Assembly: GCF_000143415.4 (NCBI RefSeq)
Contig: NW_003314403.1
Coordinates: 66,316-130,315, forward strand
Length of the DNA: 64,000 nucleotides
Source: Selaginella moellendorffii
Lineage: Eukaryota; Plantae; Lycopodiophyta
Reading direction: 5' to 3'
The notes beneath the pieces were generated by a model. It did no database searches, was not told the DNA's origin, and saw only the letters and a program-made list of their open reading frames with translations. Every line of letters begins with the position of its first letter. Position 1 is the stretch's first letter. A program made the position numbers and the translations under genes. Of the stretch, positions 1 through 13,399 are shown in pieces.

Positions 1-2944
1 AAATGTTGTTGTTGCCTTGAAAAATCTGCAGAAGAAAGCAGATGTTGGGGACAGCGCAAGTGCAACGCATGTTCCCTCCGTGGATCTTAAGAACCGTGCT
101 ACATGGATTCAGGCAAAGGTGTTTCTAAACAACCCCGAGGGGGAGGTGGTAGCTGAGGGCTTAGCCACAGTTGTCGATCCAAGAGATGCGGTTGCCAATC
201 ACGAATTGGGCTGGGATGATATTGGAGTTGCGATTTTAGAGGTTGTTGACGCAGAAGAAAACAGTCTGACTATTGGAAGCATTGTGCGGTGGAAATTGAG
301 GCATTTAGTGTTTGAGAATGTGAAGGATTCACAATCAAACACCACTACAAATAATGACAGAACATCTCTTCATGGGAAAAGAAAGTACACCTTCCTAAAG
401 TGCAGCTAAAGGGATCTGAGCAACGAACCGAAAAGGCAGAAAATGGCGATGGAGGTTCGAATGGTCTCGACAGTTGCTTGTTGCAAGAGGAGGTGCTGTC
501 AACATGCTGATTGGGATGCTATTGAAGAGGAGAGAGCAAGATACAAGACATTGTCCTGGAAGGCAGCTCGCAATGTTGTGTATGAGGCATTATGGTCATC
601 TGTTGATGCTTCAGAACATCAGGTGGGGGGCATGGTCTTCCAGAGGGGTTTGGTCTGCATGAAGGCATGGAGAATCATTTATGGAGTCCCTTGAAGCACA
701 TTCTACAGAATCAAAACTGAGTTCGAGGAACAAAGGGTTCAACAGGCAGTCCATGGGAACGACGGTACGCACAAAACCGGGGGTCATGTTGTATATGGAG
801 AGGCAATCTTCAAGAGGTTTGTCGAGACATGTAGCGAGCAACAACCACATAAAACCCGCCTCTTGGAAGATGGAACACGAGACACCCAACAAGTTCTCCC
901 TTCCATGTATACCAAGGGGGCTATATTGGAAGATGTGAATCGGGAACTCCAGAGTAATGGCTATAGGAAGCTGAGCCAATCTAGATTTAGTAGATTGTGG
1001 AGAAACAGGTTCAGGGATGTGAGTATAGGAAAGTACTCCAGCTTTTCAAAGTGTGACGAGTGCACTGCTATCAAAATGGCTTTGTCGAAGAATTCTTGCA
1101 GCACTCAAGAGCGAGAGACGTTGGTTAGAAGGCGGTTCGACCACAACATTGAGCAGAGAAGCTGCAGGACTGCATATTATCATAACAGGATTCTCTCCAT
1201 AGAGAGACCTGACTCTTACCTCTGCATCATCCACGACAAAATGGACCAGAAAAAGACGTGCTTACCTCGACTCAATCCTGCCCCCAAGGCAATCTCTTCA
1301 TCCATGCAGCTGCCTGTGTCTCTGTTTGGCATAATCGCTCATGGGCATGGTGCCCAGAACTATGGGAACTTCTTTGTACCTCTATGGGGTGGCGGGGGTG
1401 CAAACATGATGATTGCGTCCCCAGCAAAACACTTAAGGTCTTTGCAAAGTGCGCAGACTGAGCTGAAAGGCCAACCCTTGCATAAGGCCCTTGTCGATCG
1501 AACCCCATACAAGGTTCAACTGGAGGAGGAGCAAAGGCTTGCAGTATCGCGTGGGGCCCCATGCCATCCCAGTGAATATGTTGGCCATCAGATTGTAGGG
1601 TTATCACGTGAGGCCTCATGCCATTCCGACGAGGCTGGTCGCCTGGTGAATGCACAGCCTCATCCAAACGAAGCAGAATCTCAAGGAAGTTCTTGCAGCC
1701 AATGTGGCCTTCCACCCCATCTTCTGCTCCAAACAGACAATGCTGGCAGTGAGAACAAAAACATGTACGTCTTCGCGTACTTGGTGATGCTTGTTGCCAA
1801 AGGCATATTTGAACGGTTACACTTGGCTTTCTCATGGTTGGGCACACTCATGAAGACGTCGATGCCATGTTCAGTCACCTGGCAGAGTCCCTCCGGTGAT
1901 CCAATGTCCTCACCCTCCCACAACTCTACAATGAATTCCAAAATTGCATCAAAGGCACTGTTGAAGCTGCACTTGTGACAGAGGTTCCAGACTTTAAGGG
2001 GTTTGTAAGAGGCTACATCAGGGACGGATCCGAAATGCTGATTGGCCACTCCAAGCCTCTTCAGTTTCATTTCAGCATGCGTGACGGTGCTCCAGTGATG
2101 AGGTACAAGATGAGAGAATGGGACACAGTGTGGCTGCCAGTGGATGGCATTGAACTCTTCAAGTGAGATCCCATAACTGGGGAATCTATGATTCCTCAGG
2201 GTTCCCCACGGCCGATGCACCCGGATGGTCTCAAAGACCAGGAAAGTATAGTGGCCAGGATTAGACAGCATATTGCCTTCTAGAAGAGGGGGTTGGTGTT
2301 TGGTGGAGAATCCTATTTTAAGAGGTGCAAGCCTTTGCTCGAATACTGGGAGAAGATTATATCTGCTATCCAAAATGGGCCGGTTGTATATGAAGAATTG
2401 GAAGAGTCCTTTTGGCCAGAACCCAGAGCACCAGATAGTAGCGGAACAATGTCCTCTGGAAATGCAGTGATAGATAACGATGTTGAGGATCACTATTGTG
2501 GGCCGAGGAACAAGAAGCCGGATTCAGCATTCAATCCAGTACAGGTCTGCAAAGGAATGGTCGTGCTTGTCAGACCCAGTAATAAAAAACAAATGATATG
2601 GGTGGGGCACTGCATCACTGATGCAGAGGAGGACGCGGAAACTAACTCCTTCAATGTAACTGTGGAGTGGTTCAAGCCAAGTTCCGGATATACGAAGGAT
2701 TGCCTAGAAAAGAGATGGGTGCTGAATCCAAGGGATCCCAGCATGAGCATATCGGTGGATAATGTTGTGCATGGTTGGATGCGGAAGCAGAGTGCCACCA
2801 TCACCTTGCCAGACCATGCAAGAGATACAGCAAGAGCATTCATAACCCGGGTTCAAGGTGAGATTCATTAATATTCCTTTACTAAGTTTCTAATGTATTT
2901 TATTTCAAGGTGAACAATCCGAATCTGAATCAGAGGAGGCGTGA
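1..2944 (+). pseudogene. Sola-like DDD transposase, copy 1 (5' end outside window, disrupted)
   Basis: Motifs CCKRRCC, VCMKAWRIIYG, KCDEC, HDKMDQ and LQTDNAGSENKN. Stops at 407, 692, 2164 and 2281, and a frameshift near 1814. Putative last intron 2858-2909 adds GEQSESESEEA*. Confidence 0.85.
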
Positions 2945-3569
2945 TGGCATGGCTTGATGGCGTGAGGCGTGAGGCGTGACACCAAAAAGGAGGTGTCCAC
3001 TAGCGCTTAGGCTTATAATGGCGTGTGCCCTCATGCCATTTACTCGATCACCAAATACCTTTTTCCCTTTGCACTAGTATATCTTAATACCGGTCTGAGA
3101 AATAGAATGGCATGTGCCCTCAAGCCTTTTACTAAATCACCTTTGAAAGAAATGCAAGCCTCTATGTTGTAAAAAAAAGGTACTAGAGAAATTCCTTAAT
3201 AATATGAATGTTATTTAGTTTCATGAAAATACACTAAGGGTCAAATGAGTTAAATGACTTCTCCAGACTAGCAATGCCTCTTGCTACACCTTCACAATTA
3301 GATTCGTTAGAAAAAGATAGCATTGAATAATATCTAAATGTTCTCACCATTAAGTTATATGTCTGGCTAATAGGAATGACGTTCATCTTGGAAAGCTCAC
3401 CACACGCTCAATGAACAAACAAATAGTGTGTGCGCGCATGCTATTGCTCTTCTTTAGCTTCAGATTCGGCTTGTTCACCTTGACAATGAGATTTATTATA
3501 CAACCAGATGGACTCAGTCTGGACACAAAGTCACCGCGCTAGTCACCATGCCCCAGATATGTCTAGCCC

Positions 3570-3756
3570 TGTTGGGGGAAGGAGGGGCGCTTCCCCCAAC
3601 GCTCGCTGAAACACGAGAAATGCTTCACTGCTCTCCACAAAATGCCCCCCCTCGCCCTTGTGAGGCAAGGGTTTTATACAAGGAAGATGGGGAATATTCC
3701 GAGGACCAGAATATTCCCTCTCTCTCTCTCACTCTCTCGGTGGCCACGCCCTAACA
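3570..3756 (-). repeat. 3' LTR (187 bp)
   Basis: Direct repeat of 10301-10487 with 5 substitutions by eye; ends TGTTGGGG...CCCTAACA. Confidence 0.95.
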
Positions 3757-5343
3757 TGCGACCACGGTGGATCGCGCTGGCTCCAGACACGCGAGAACCC
3801 TCCGAAGAGTGTAGAGTGTACGTTTGCTACTGATGCCAAGTGCTGGTAACTGCGTGAAATAGTAGAAACTCTAGAAAACAGAGTGGAAAAGAAAGAAAAA
3901 GGTAGGTGAGAAGTTTGGAGACAGGGAGAAAACCTGGTGGGAAACCCTGTAGTCAAACTGGACCCTGAAGTTGAAGAAAAGTGTAGAAAAAGTGTGAAAA
4001 GAGGAGGAAAATAGAGGAAAAAGAACGTGAGTACCCAAAGAACTTAACCCGTACTTGGATTTCGGCTCAGGAAAGTGTAATATGCAAATGCAACCTCTTG
4101 ATGACTCCCGGTATGCTCCAAGGATTGGCCGAAATTGAGAAAGAAAGAGTGGTAGAAAAGGGGATGCGTTGCCCAAGGGTGGTAAGTGTGGAAATGATGA
4201 AAGATGGAGTGATATGGTAGAGCGCCGAGATGGTGGTGGCACTCGAAAGTGGTAGCCATTGATAACCATTGGCCCGTAGAGTAAACACTGACCACTCGGA
4301 GTAGCCGGTAACCGATAACCGTAGCCGGGTACCTGTAACCAGTAACTGGTAACCACCTGCTCTCGCTCCTACTCCTGCGCCAGCTCCATGGTGGAGCGTT
4401 GAGATGGTGGTGGCTCTCTGAGAAGGTGGCTAGTCTGATGTGTCGGACTGAAGAAGTCAGCAGCTGAAAAGGACGGCATAGTCACTGGGTTGCCGGTAAG
4501 GAGAGGTGGCATGTGTCCACTGAGTGCTGGAGCAGAAGAAAGTGGCTTCGGCTTCTGTGGCCTCGCCTAAAGATCCACCTAGGTGCCTTGAGTGAACAGG
4601 TTCACCTGGTTGGAAGAAAGTCGCTCCAGAAAAGCTAGTGCGTTGTCGGCAAATGGTCGTAAGGACATCTTGGACATGGCACGTCCAAGTGAGGTGGTGT
4701 CTTTTGCTGCATGTATGTGCGTCCGTGGTATGGTGTAAATGTGACCTCAAATGGAGATGGGAATGATGGTGAAAGAATGAAAGATGCAAGATGGGCATCT
4801 AGAGATAAGTGCGGGCAACGCTGTTGGAAGTGATTTGTGATGGAACTGTGAGTGTAGATGATATGGAATGAATGTGGGAAATGTGCAGGGTATAGTAATG
4901 ATAAAGGAAGGGCCAAAGAACCTGGAACATAGACCAAGCCAAGCGAGGAACTTCCATACAAACGGCAATGCAGCCTAAGCACGAAATCCGAGGCATGGGC
5001 CATTGTCCAATGGAGAAACACCCTCTGAAAGTAAGAAAAGTAGCCACGAAAGTAAAGTGAAAGAAAGGAAGAAAAAGAAAAAGAAAAAGAAGAGAAAAGG
5101 AACGCCTCACCGGATGAAGCGTTTGAGATGAGAGTGGTTGTGAGCGTGTGGGAGCTCACGTCCCTCAGCATCAACTAGCACGTATGCTCCACCTCCAATG
5201 TGTCGCTGGACAAAGTAGGGGCCGGTCCAGCGAGGGGAGAATTTCAAAGGTGGTGTGAACTCCTTGAGTAGAACGAGATCGCCATCCTCGAATGGTTCGG
5301 CAGACCGCTGGTGATCGATGACTGACTTAATCTTCTGCTTGCC

Positions 5344-6645
5344 TCAAAGGAGATGTTTAGATGTGGATTGTCGCTGTTCTTCCAAGGCAAGAACCTCCAA
5401 GTCACGTGCATGAAGCTTGTCTTCATCGCTAAGCTGCATCACTGCTGCGTATCGAAGTGAAAGCGAGAGTGATGGCACCTGGATCTCTATTGGAAGTACG
5501 GCCTCTGTCCCATAGACAAGGGAAAATGGGGTCGCAGAGATGGATGTCTTGAAGGATGTCCGAAAGGCCCACAACGCCGTAACCAAGTGCTCGTGCCAAC
5601 GCCTTGGGTGATCCTCCACAAGCTTTGAGATGACTGTCTTCAATATCTTGTTGCTAGACTCCGCCTGGCCATTGCACTCCGGATAATAGCTGCTGCTTTT
5701 CACGTGCTTGACCTGTAGTTGCTGGAGAAGATGCTGCATCACCTGTCCAAGGAAGCCGCTGCCACGATCGGAAACCAAAACAGCAGGAACTCCAAATCGG
5801 CAAATGATGTACTCGTAGACAAACTTTGCTGTAGACTGCTGATCTGCCTGTCGCAAAGGGGTGGCCTCGACCCATTTTGTGAAATAGTCCACCGCCACGA
5901 TGATGTATCGCTGTCCTTTTGAGCTCGGTGGGTTGATCGGGCCAACGAAGTCAAGTCCCCACTGGAAAAAGGGACCCGGAGAAGTGATGATGTTCTCTTT
6001 GCGGACTTGGTATTCTCCAGTAAGTTGGCGTATGATGAGTTGCGCATCTCCAATGAAAGTGACTCGCCTAAACTTGAGGTTTGTGGCCAGCTTCATGGCA
6101 CTGATGGCCGCCAAGTACTCTGCTTCATTAGCTGATGTTGCTGGCAAAGTGATAGAGAGGTCAGCTACTTTGTTCTCCGCAGAATCAATCATCCAAACTC
6201 CAATGCCGGCAACCTGGTTTTTGGGGCAGAAAGCACCGTCAAAATAAGCTGTAATCATAAGAGTGGACTCTTCCTCAAATAAAGATGCTGGGGACACTAC
6301 ATCCGGCAAGACCGTCTCTGGTAAGTCTGGTAAGAACGTTGCTGTTGGATCCGGAGTCTTTGCTTGTGGTTCTCTTTGCTTCTGATGCTCTGAGCGCTTG
6401 ATGTCCGATGCAAGGACTGCAGCCAGGTACTCTGCAAGTGAAGGGAGATCCTCCACCGAAGTCCAGTCCAAGTCTGGTGCTAAAGTTTCAGTGTAATACC
6501 CTTGGATCTGTACTGGGGGCTCCACGGTAGGAAATTCAGAACTCAAAGAGCTATAACTCGCATGTAGCACGTCCGATTTGCTTGATTCTTCCTGCCAATT
6601 GTGTGACTGGATGTCATCTTCCGTCTCCAAAAAACAGCATGACAA
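5344..6645 (-). pseudogene. Truncated archaeal-type RNase H fused in frame to rve integrase core
   Basis: aRH motifs YFDGA, NEAEYLA and GDAQLIIRQLTGEY join directly to PFFQWGLDFVGP, LVSDRG and YYPECNGQAE. The aRH C-terminus and the integrase HHCC finger are missing. Confidence 0.85.
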
Positions 6646-6737
6646 AATATGCTCGAAGTCGTCAGCTACCGTGATTTTAGTAGGAAAATGCTGGCTGTGT
6701 AACTCCTCAAAGAGTTGCTGAGGAGAATCGAGTTCAG

Positions 6738-8981
6738 CTATGTCCTGTGAAAGATGGGCTTGTCTGGGGTGACTGTGTCATCAAGATCCATAAGAGAGAG
6801 TTGGCCCCATGCAAGAAACGAATCAAGGAGCCCTTCCTCTATCAAGAAACACTCTAAAAAGCTGGATATGTGAGCCCGTATCCTATAAGCCCTGCCCTCA
6901 AATAAAGAGGGCCTTTCCAGAGGCTCGGCCTTACTCTCAAATAAAGAGAGTGAAGTTGAGAGATGTCTCGGGCTACCTGACTCACCTCCAACCGTGTCAA
7001 TCGCATTGCATGAGGAAGCATCTGCCATATAGATGGTTGACGCCACTACCAACTCAGGAAAAACCTCTGTGAGGTCGGGAGGAAAGTATGGTGTGGAGGC
7101 CATCTTAGTCCGAGCTTGCTGGGCTTGTTGAGAAAGAGCTCTTCCGTGGTTGTTGAGAAAGGTGGCGCTATGGGTTCCATCGCTAATTTCCAACTTGCCT
7201 TGTGCACTATCAATGGTGCAATGGGCTGTGACTTGCCATGAGCGGCCAAGGATGATAGAGTCCTTCAAAGAGGATGTTCCAAGACGTTGGTAGTCAACCA
7301 CGAGGAAATCTACCTCAGAAATAACACCCTGCACTGAGACCTTGATACCATAGCAAATTCCTGCCGGAGGAACGGTGTGGTTGGCGAAGGTTTTGAGCAT
7401 GATGGAGGAGCTCTCAGTGATCTGTAGCTGTGCTGAAAGGGCAGCTTCGAGAGAGATAATGTTGCTTCCAGAACCGGAGTCAACCAAAGCATCCATCCTA
7501 CAAGAGGAAGTACCGATCTGCACCGGGACGAAGAACGGACCAGGATCTCCTCCATATCTTGTGATATCGACAATGTGCACCTCTTGAGGAGTCCTCTTGA
7601 GAGTGCTCTCTGGTGTTCCTGACCGTGCAAACTTCTCCAAATGCTGGCCGAATCCCGGGACAAGGCACAACATATCTCGGAGCGAAAAGGTGACAGGAGT
7701 GTCAACCAGCTGTTGAAGAACCGGCTCCGGAACAGGAGTAGCTGCTGGTGAGATCTCAGGAGGAGAAGAGAGGAGTGACTTGAAGGGGAGTTTACAAGCC
7801 ACCCTCTGTGTCACTGGGCCTGAGGCCAACGGAGAGTCGCTCTCAACTGGTGCTGGGGGGTCTATGGTAGGCTGAGTGGCTACCTTCTTCTTCGTTTGGG
7901 CTCGAGTGGCTGCAGTTTGCTGTTGTTGCCTATAAAGTTCCTCGGCTACCAAAATTGTGTTGACTAATGAGACTGGTGCCTTGCCTTTGCTTGACAAAGG
8001 GGCTGCCTCAATTGCTTGTCGCTCCAACTGCTCCTGATATGTCTCTGGACCCTGAGGCTGTGTGGAGTTATCAGCAAAGGGATGTTGTTGGACACGTTGA
8101 GAAGATGGAGGCCGAAGCTCTGGGTGAAGCTTGAAGTAGCGCTGTGTGTTGTGTGTGTTCGTCTCGCAGTGAGTGCACCAATGGGACTTAAATCTGCGTT
8201 CCCGAGCTGTAGCGGCCTCTTTCCTGGACTCCACCAGCTCCTGGAGCAGTTTGTCATGGTGTGATTGCTGTTGAAGAATGATCTCCTTCAGCTGCCACAT
8301 CTCATTGGCAAAGTTCTCAAGAGCCAGAGGTGTACGCTCAACAGCAATAGGCTTTGATGTGGACGGGCGAATAGTGGCACAAGGTGACTCTGACGGGATG
8401 ATGGCTTGGTCAAAATCAACTCTAGCAATCCCCAAGTCGACCAGAAGCTCTCTTTCCAGCTTTGTGGCAAACGAAAATGCCTCACGGCAAGACCTGAAGG
8501 TCTTCTTAAGAAGTTTCCGCTGCAAGTTCCCATGCAGACCTGCTGTGAATGCTGTGATCCCCTGTTGCTCATCTTGGACTACTCTGCGATCCCAACACTG
8601 CTTCCAGTAAGCTCAAAAGCGTGTGATGTAGTCAGGAACAGTCTCGTGAGCACCCTGTCGGAACGAAAAAAGGTCGACAAGTAGCCGATTTGTGGGTTTT
8701 TCTTCAACGAAGCGTTCTCTGAAAGAAGCAAGTAGTGTCTGGAAGTCTGTCCGGTCCTCTGGGAGGAGAGAATCTGCCCAAGTTGCTGCTTTGCCTTCGA
8801 GAGACTGCAGGAAGTCGCGGCACATACGATCATCGTCGACGATCATGTTTGTGGTGCAGTAGTAATCAAAGCGACTAATATGCGATGTTGGAGAGACTGT
8901 TCCAACACCTGAAAAGACCAGCAGATCACTCCCCTTCTGCAGAACATGGAGCTGAGGTCGGGCTAAGGGTGGCTGCGCCAT
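6738..8981 (-). pseudogene. Gag plus aspartic protease
   Basis: Retrotrans_gag-like LEGKAATW...FRERF...RQGAHETVPDYITRF, a stop at 8613, a degenerate Zn knuckle CTHCETNTH, and protease ALVDSGS...IILGRSW. Confidence 0.85.
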
Positions 8982-10281
8982 AGCTCGTAGATCTAAGTCA
9001 CTGGAATCTGTCGAGGAGGAAGAGGATTCGGCCCAAGAAGGTGCAGTGTCATACCTAAGCTGCCTTTGGATGTTGAAAAGTTTACTCCGTACCTTAGGGC
9101 CTTGAGGTATGGTGAAAGGGTGCCAATTCGTCGTACGTCTAGTTTGTACCGGCATCAAATACCCTGAACACTGCAAATGCCCGGTCAAGGCAACTGGGTT
9201 GACAGGAGCAAGAAGACTGTAGGCTAGTGCTCAAGTTGCTCAAAATGCCTTTGACCCGACCGCTGAAGTAGCCACTGGAGTAGCCGCTGGAGGAGCCACT
9301 AGAGTAGCCGCTAGAGTAGCCACTGGAGTAGCCGGTAGCCAGTAACCGGGGTAGTCGCTGGAGCAGCCACTGGAGTAGCCGCGGGAGTAGCCGGTAGCCG
9401 ATAACCGGGGACCTGTGACCTGTAACCGGTAACCCCTACTCTCGCTCCTACTCCTGCGCTTGCTCCAACACCAACTCCTATCCCTGTGCCTATTCCTATT
9501 GTCCCTGTTTCTACGCCAACTCTTGTTCCTGCTCCTCCTGTTCCTGTTCCTACGGTTACCTGTTCCTTGAAGATTGCTTCGTTCCCAAGGAACCCTCAAC
9601 GAAGTTTAACCCAAAAGAGAAAAATGAGTCCTCTAGTCTCGATCCTTCGCCATTCTGATTGTTGGTGGGCTCGTTGGAAAGAGCTCAGCCCCGTCTACCT
9701 TATATCGCAAGAATTTGGGAAGAAACTGCCTCCACGAAGAGGTAGCCCAGAACGCCAACATTATGGAAAAACATGTGCATGTCCATGATGTAGATTGACA
9801 CTAAGGCGCCGTTGGTACTTCTCGAAAGCCTAGGACCAGGAGCACCTCTAGAAATAAACGGCATCCAAAACCAAGCCTGGAGGAGCATGAATTCCTACCA
9901 CAAAGATAACCCAATCTAGCCGGAGAAGAAAATCCTTTTGCATGCCGTCAATTCTCCCAAATCTAGTGCCAAGAACTACCACTACTCATAGATCTAGGCC
10001 AGATCTACAAGCCCAAATGCACTACCTTGAGAAATTCGGCCGAGGATCCAGGCGAGAAAGTGAAAACCTCAAAATGCTCATCCAACCGAGCCAAGAAACG
10101 TTGTATCTCTTCAAATACTGCACGGCTTGATGAGCGCCATACCTTGCTGGAAAGAGGAGCTCCAGACCTATCCAACACACTCAAGATCAAAGAAAACCGC
10201 CGCAAAATGAACAAGGAATTCCTTCCCAAACTCTACAGCCAAAAGAAACGAGAGAAATGACGCTTCAGAAAGTCCTGCGCG

Positions 10282-10298
10282 TCACGCCGGGTTCACCA
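10282..10298 (-). other. Primer-binding site, tRNA-Trp type
   Basis: TGGTGAACCCGGCGTGA lies 2 nt inside the 5' LTR. It complements the plant tRNA-Trp 3' end as I recall it (TCACGTCGGGTTCACCA) with one G-U pair. Confidence 0.75.
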
Positions 10299-10300
10299 TT

Positions 10301-10487
10301 TGTTAGGGGAAGGAGGGGCGCTTCCCCCAACGCTCGCTCAAACACGAGAAATGCTTCACTTCTCTCCACAAAATGCCCCCCCTCGCCCTTGTGAGGCAAG
10401 GGTTTTATACAAGGAAGATGGGGAATATTCTGAGGACCAGAATATTCCCTCTCTCTCTCTCACTCTCTCAGTGGCCACGCCCTAACA
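10301..10487 (-). repeat. 5' LTR (187 bp)
   Basis: TGTTAGGG...CCCTAACA, adjacent to the PBS. Confidence 0.95.
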
Positions 10488-12842
10488 GCCCCTAGACAAA
10501 AAACATATAATTTCACGTCATTTTCAAATACTTGAAAATTTGTACCTAGTCCCATTTTACTGAATAAATCCCACTTTAACGAAATAGAGCTTAATGTTAA
10601 AGAAGAAATCATGGTACAACCCACAATATCCTTCTCAATACATATAGAATTCAAACTCCATAATGCCAAAGCTAATAAAGAGCATTTCTGCATCAATCCA
10701 AAAGCTAAGCATAATGGAGCTATGCCCAACAAGTGATCACCAAACGATCCTCCATGAATCCATCTACAACAAGACGTAACTCACTTCATAACAAGCATAA
10801 GAAGAATCATCAATGATCAATATATTCCAACTTAAATCCAATAAGGACTCAACATTGCCAATATCGATCATTAACTCTTTTTTTCATAGAGTTAGTATAG
10901 TTTATGACTGAATCACTTTTCAAGGAAAAGCCAAAACTCAACCCTCTATTAAATAATCTCGTCAAGAACACAACTAACTCAACTTGCCACTTAGTTCATT
11001 TGAACATTAACACAATTGTTAACTAGCAAATGTATGAATACCAACAACACAAAGAAGTTAAATCATCAACACTATCTTCATCAAAACTAATAAAACTTAA
11101 TATCAATCCTTGGAAGGATATCTCATTTCACTCAGATCTCAATATTAACAATGTCAATGATAAGGCATCACTTTAATGCCATCAACACCAGAACAAAGCT
11201 AAAAAAAAGCAAAAGTAAATCACCACTCAAAATTCTTTAACAACCAAGCTAACCAAAGTCAAAGATACTTTACTCAGTATCCGAGACTAATCCTTCAACA
11301 ACACTCAGCTACAAATAACACATCATTAAGGAGTGATTCGCCATATCCAAGACTCAATAAAATTTAACACTATGAACTAAATGCCACCAAATGATATTGA
11401 CAAAGGTAGAGTCGATATGCCAACATGGAAAACCTATATAAAACTAACAATACGATCCTTTGCAACACCATCCGGTAAAGCAAGCCCATCACTGCTAAAT
11501 CATCATTGAGCAAAGCAAGTGTAAACAATCCTTAACAAAGTTTATAAGCAATCATTAGTCGTAGAGCAACCAACAATCACTCTTCAACTTGTTTTCACAA
11601 GACCCAACACTAAACTCATGTCATCGAGTTATATACTTGTCCAACATGAACGTAATACCCCAGGTACGAGATAAAGGTTCATAAACAAGCACAAACTAAA
11701 TGACCACTCGAATCCAACTCATCCACAATAAGCTTACCAACTTGTTTAGCCAATAGCTTTGAGCATGCCTTGAAGAGGCTAGTTATGCATGACCAACACT
11801 TAGTCGAAACTAAAGTGAAGACCATGAGATGGACTCATATTGGTACACAACCTCTTCATAGACAAAGCTATGGTATGGGTACTAACATCTCAAACTCAAA
11901 CAACTAAGTTGGATATCAACATCCTCAGCTAAGGCGCAAAGCTACAAGACCAAATGAAGATTAGTGAGAGCTCACTACTCTTATAGAGTCTTAACAAAAT
12001 GCAAAGTGCAACTTACCAATAAATATAACGCTAAAGAGGAAAAGCACAAGGGTCACCTTTCTTAGAAAAGCACAACGGCCACTTTTCTATGCCAACTCCA
12101 GACTCTATCCAACTTAATTGCTTTAGCCCCAAAAGTTAATATTCCTTTCGAGTTGCATCATATAAACTGTACTGGCTTACAAAAACAGAATGGTTTTTGA
12201 GCAAAGTAATCAACAGATCGGCCATTGGAAAAGTTTATGAAAATTCATGGAAAATTTTCCATCCTAGAGAAAGAATAACTCTCAGTTTAGGAATACAAAC
12301 TTTCAAGACTACCTACAACTTCACATAGGTTCATTTCAATACTAATTCTCATGACCCATAGTATGCTTAAGCTTCGAACATCTTTGCCCATCTAACTAAT
12401 TTCCAACACAGATATCCGCAAAGTGCAAAATGAACATCCAAGGCTTGATCACGAAAACCACATATTTGGATATCCACATTGCACTAACACTCTTCTTCAA
12501 TTACCTCCAAAATCCAATGTGAAGCCTAAACACTAACAAGAAAAATGGTATAGAAAATCAAGGTCCAAGGAAAATTCCTCATCACTCGAAATAATAATGC
12601 CACTTCCACTAACACAAGTGCTAGCAATGTCAATGCCTCAACTATACACCTTTTCCATCTAACAATCTACTTCAAGTGCTAACAAATCAACCAATGAGCT
12701 ATAGTAAATGAATGCTATAACCCTTTTCTAACACCTCATAGGCAAACTCTCAAGGAAACAAGATACCAACTTAAGCTTAGCATAATGGACCACCATCAAG
12801 AATCTAGTCAAAGCTACTACAATGCTACTATATGTAAGTAGA

Positions 12843-13147
12843 CTAGCTTCACTATCAACCACTTTGGGGTTGATCATCATTTACCCAAGCAACTTCGTAA
12901 ACACATTGCTCATTATCACATGGATATGATATAAGTATCACAATGAATTGATCATCAATTAAGCAACACCACTGGTGGATCCACCTTTATCCAGCTAGCT
13001 TCACTATCAACCACTTTGGGGTTGATCATCATTTACCCAAGCAACTTCGTAAACACATTGCTCATTATCACATGGATATGATATAAGTATCACAATGAAT
13101 TGATCATCAATTAAGCAACACCACTAGTGGATCCACCTTTATCCAGC
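12843..13147. repeat. Tandem duplication, 152-bp unit x2
   Basis: CTAGCTTCACTATCAACC...CTTTATCCAG repeats at 12843 and 12995 with about one mismatch. Confidence 0.9.
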
Positions 13148-13399
13148 TTTATGGTGTTTGACAAAGTTGCATCATATTGAGGTCAAAAGAACATCCCAAT
13201 TTGTCCTTCCAGTTACAAAAGCACTTCTCAAAAGATTGGGATGCTAAGTTCTTAATTGCAAGAGCCGCTCAAAAAGTAGCTAAGAAGGGATATCAGGTGA
13301 TGGAAGCTGAGGGCAATGGTGACTCAATTTGAATTGGTGATAGGGTTGATCTTGTATTAAAGGAGATATTAGAGTTATTAGTGTGGAATTAGAATATCT

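Larger units (their letters stand above)
3570..10487 (-). mobile_element. Ty3/Gypsy non-chromovirus (Tat-like) LTR retrotransposon, internally deleted (no RT/RH)
   Basis: Two 187-bp TG...CA LTRs, 4-bp TSD GCCC (3566-3569 and 10488-10491), tRNA-Trp-like PBS, and gag, protease, aRNase H and integrase core on the minus strand. Confidence 0.9.
1..10592 (+). mobile_element. Sola-like TIR DNA transposon, copy 1 (other end outside window; interrupted by LTR retrotransposon 3570-10487)
   Basis: Colinear with copies 2-4. Ends in TCCCACTTTAACGAAATAGAGCTT at 10569-10592, followed by AATG. Sequence either side of the LTR insertion rejoins as in copy 2 (TCTAGCCCCTRGACA). Confidence 0.9.

Noticed and set aside
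10593-13300. Possible host gene in the AT-rich region
   Set aside because: No substantial ORF or recognisable motif; probably decayed repeat.
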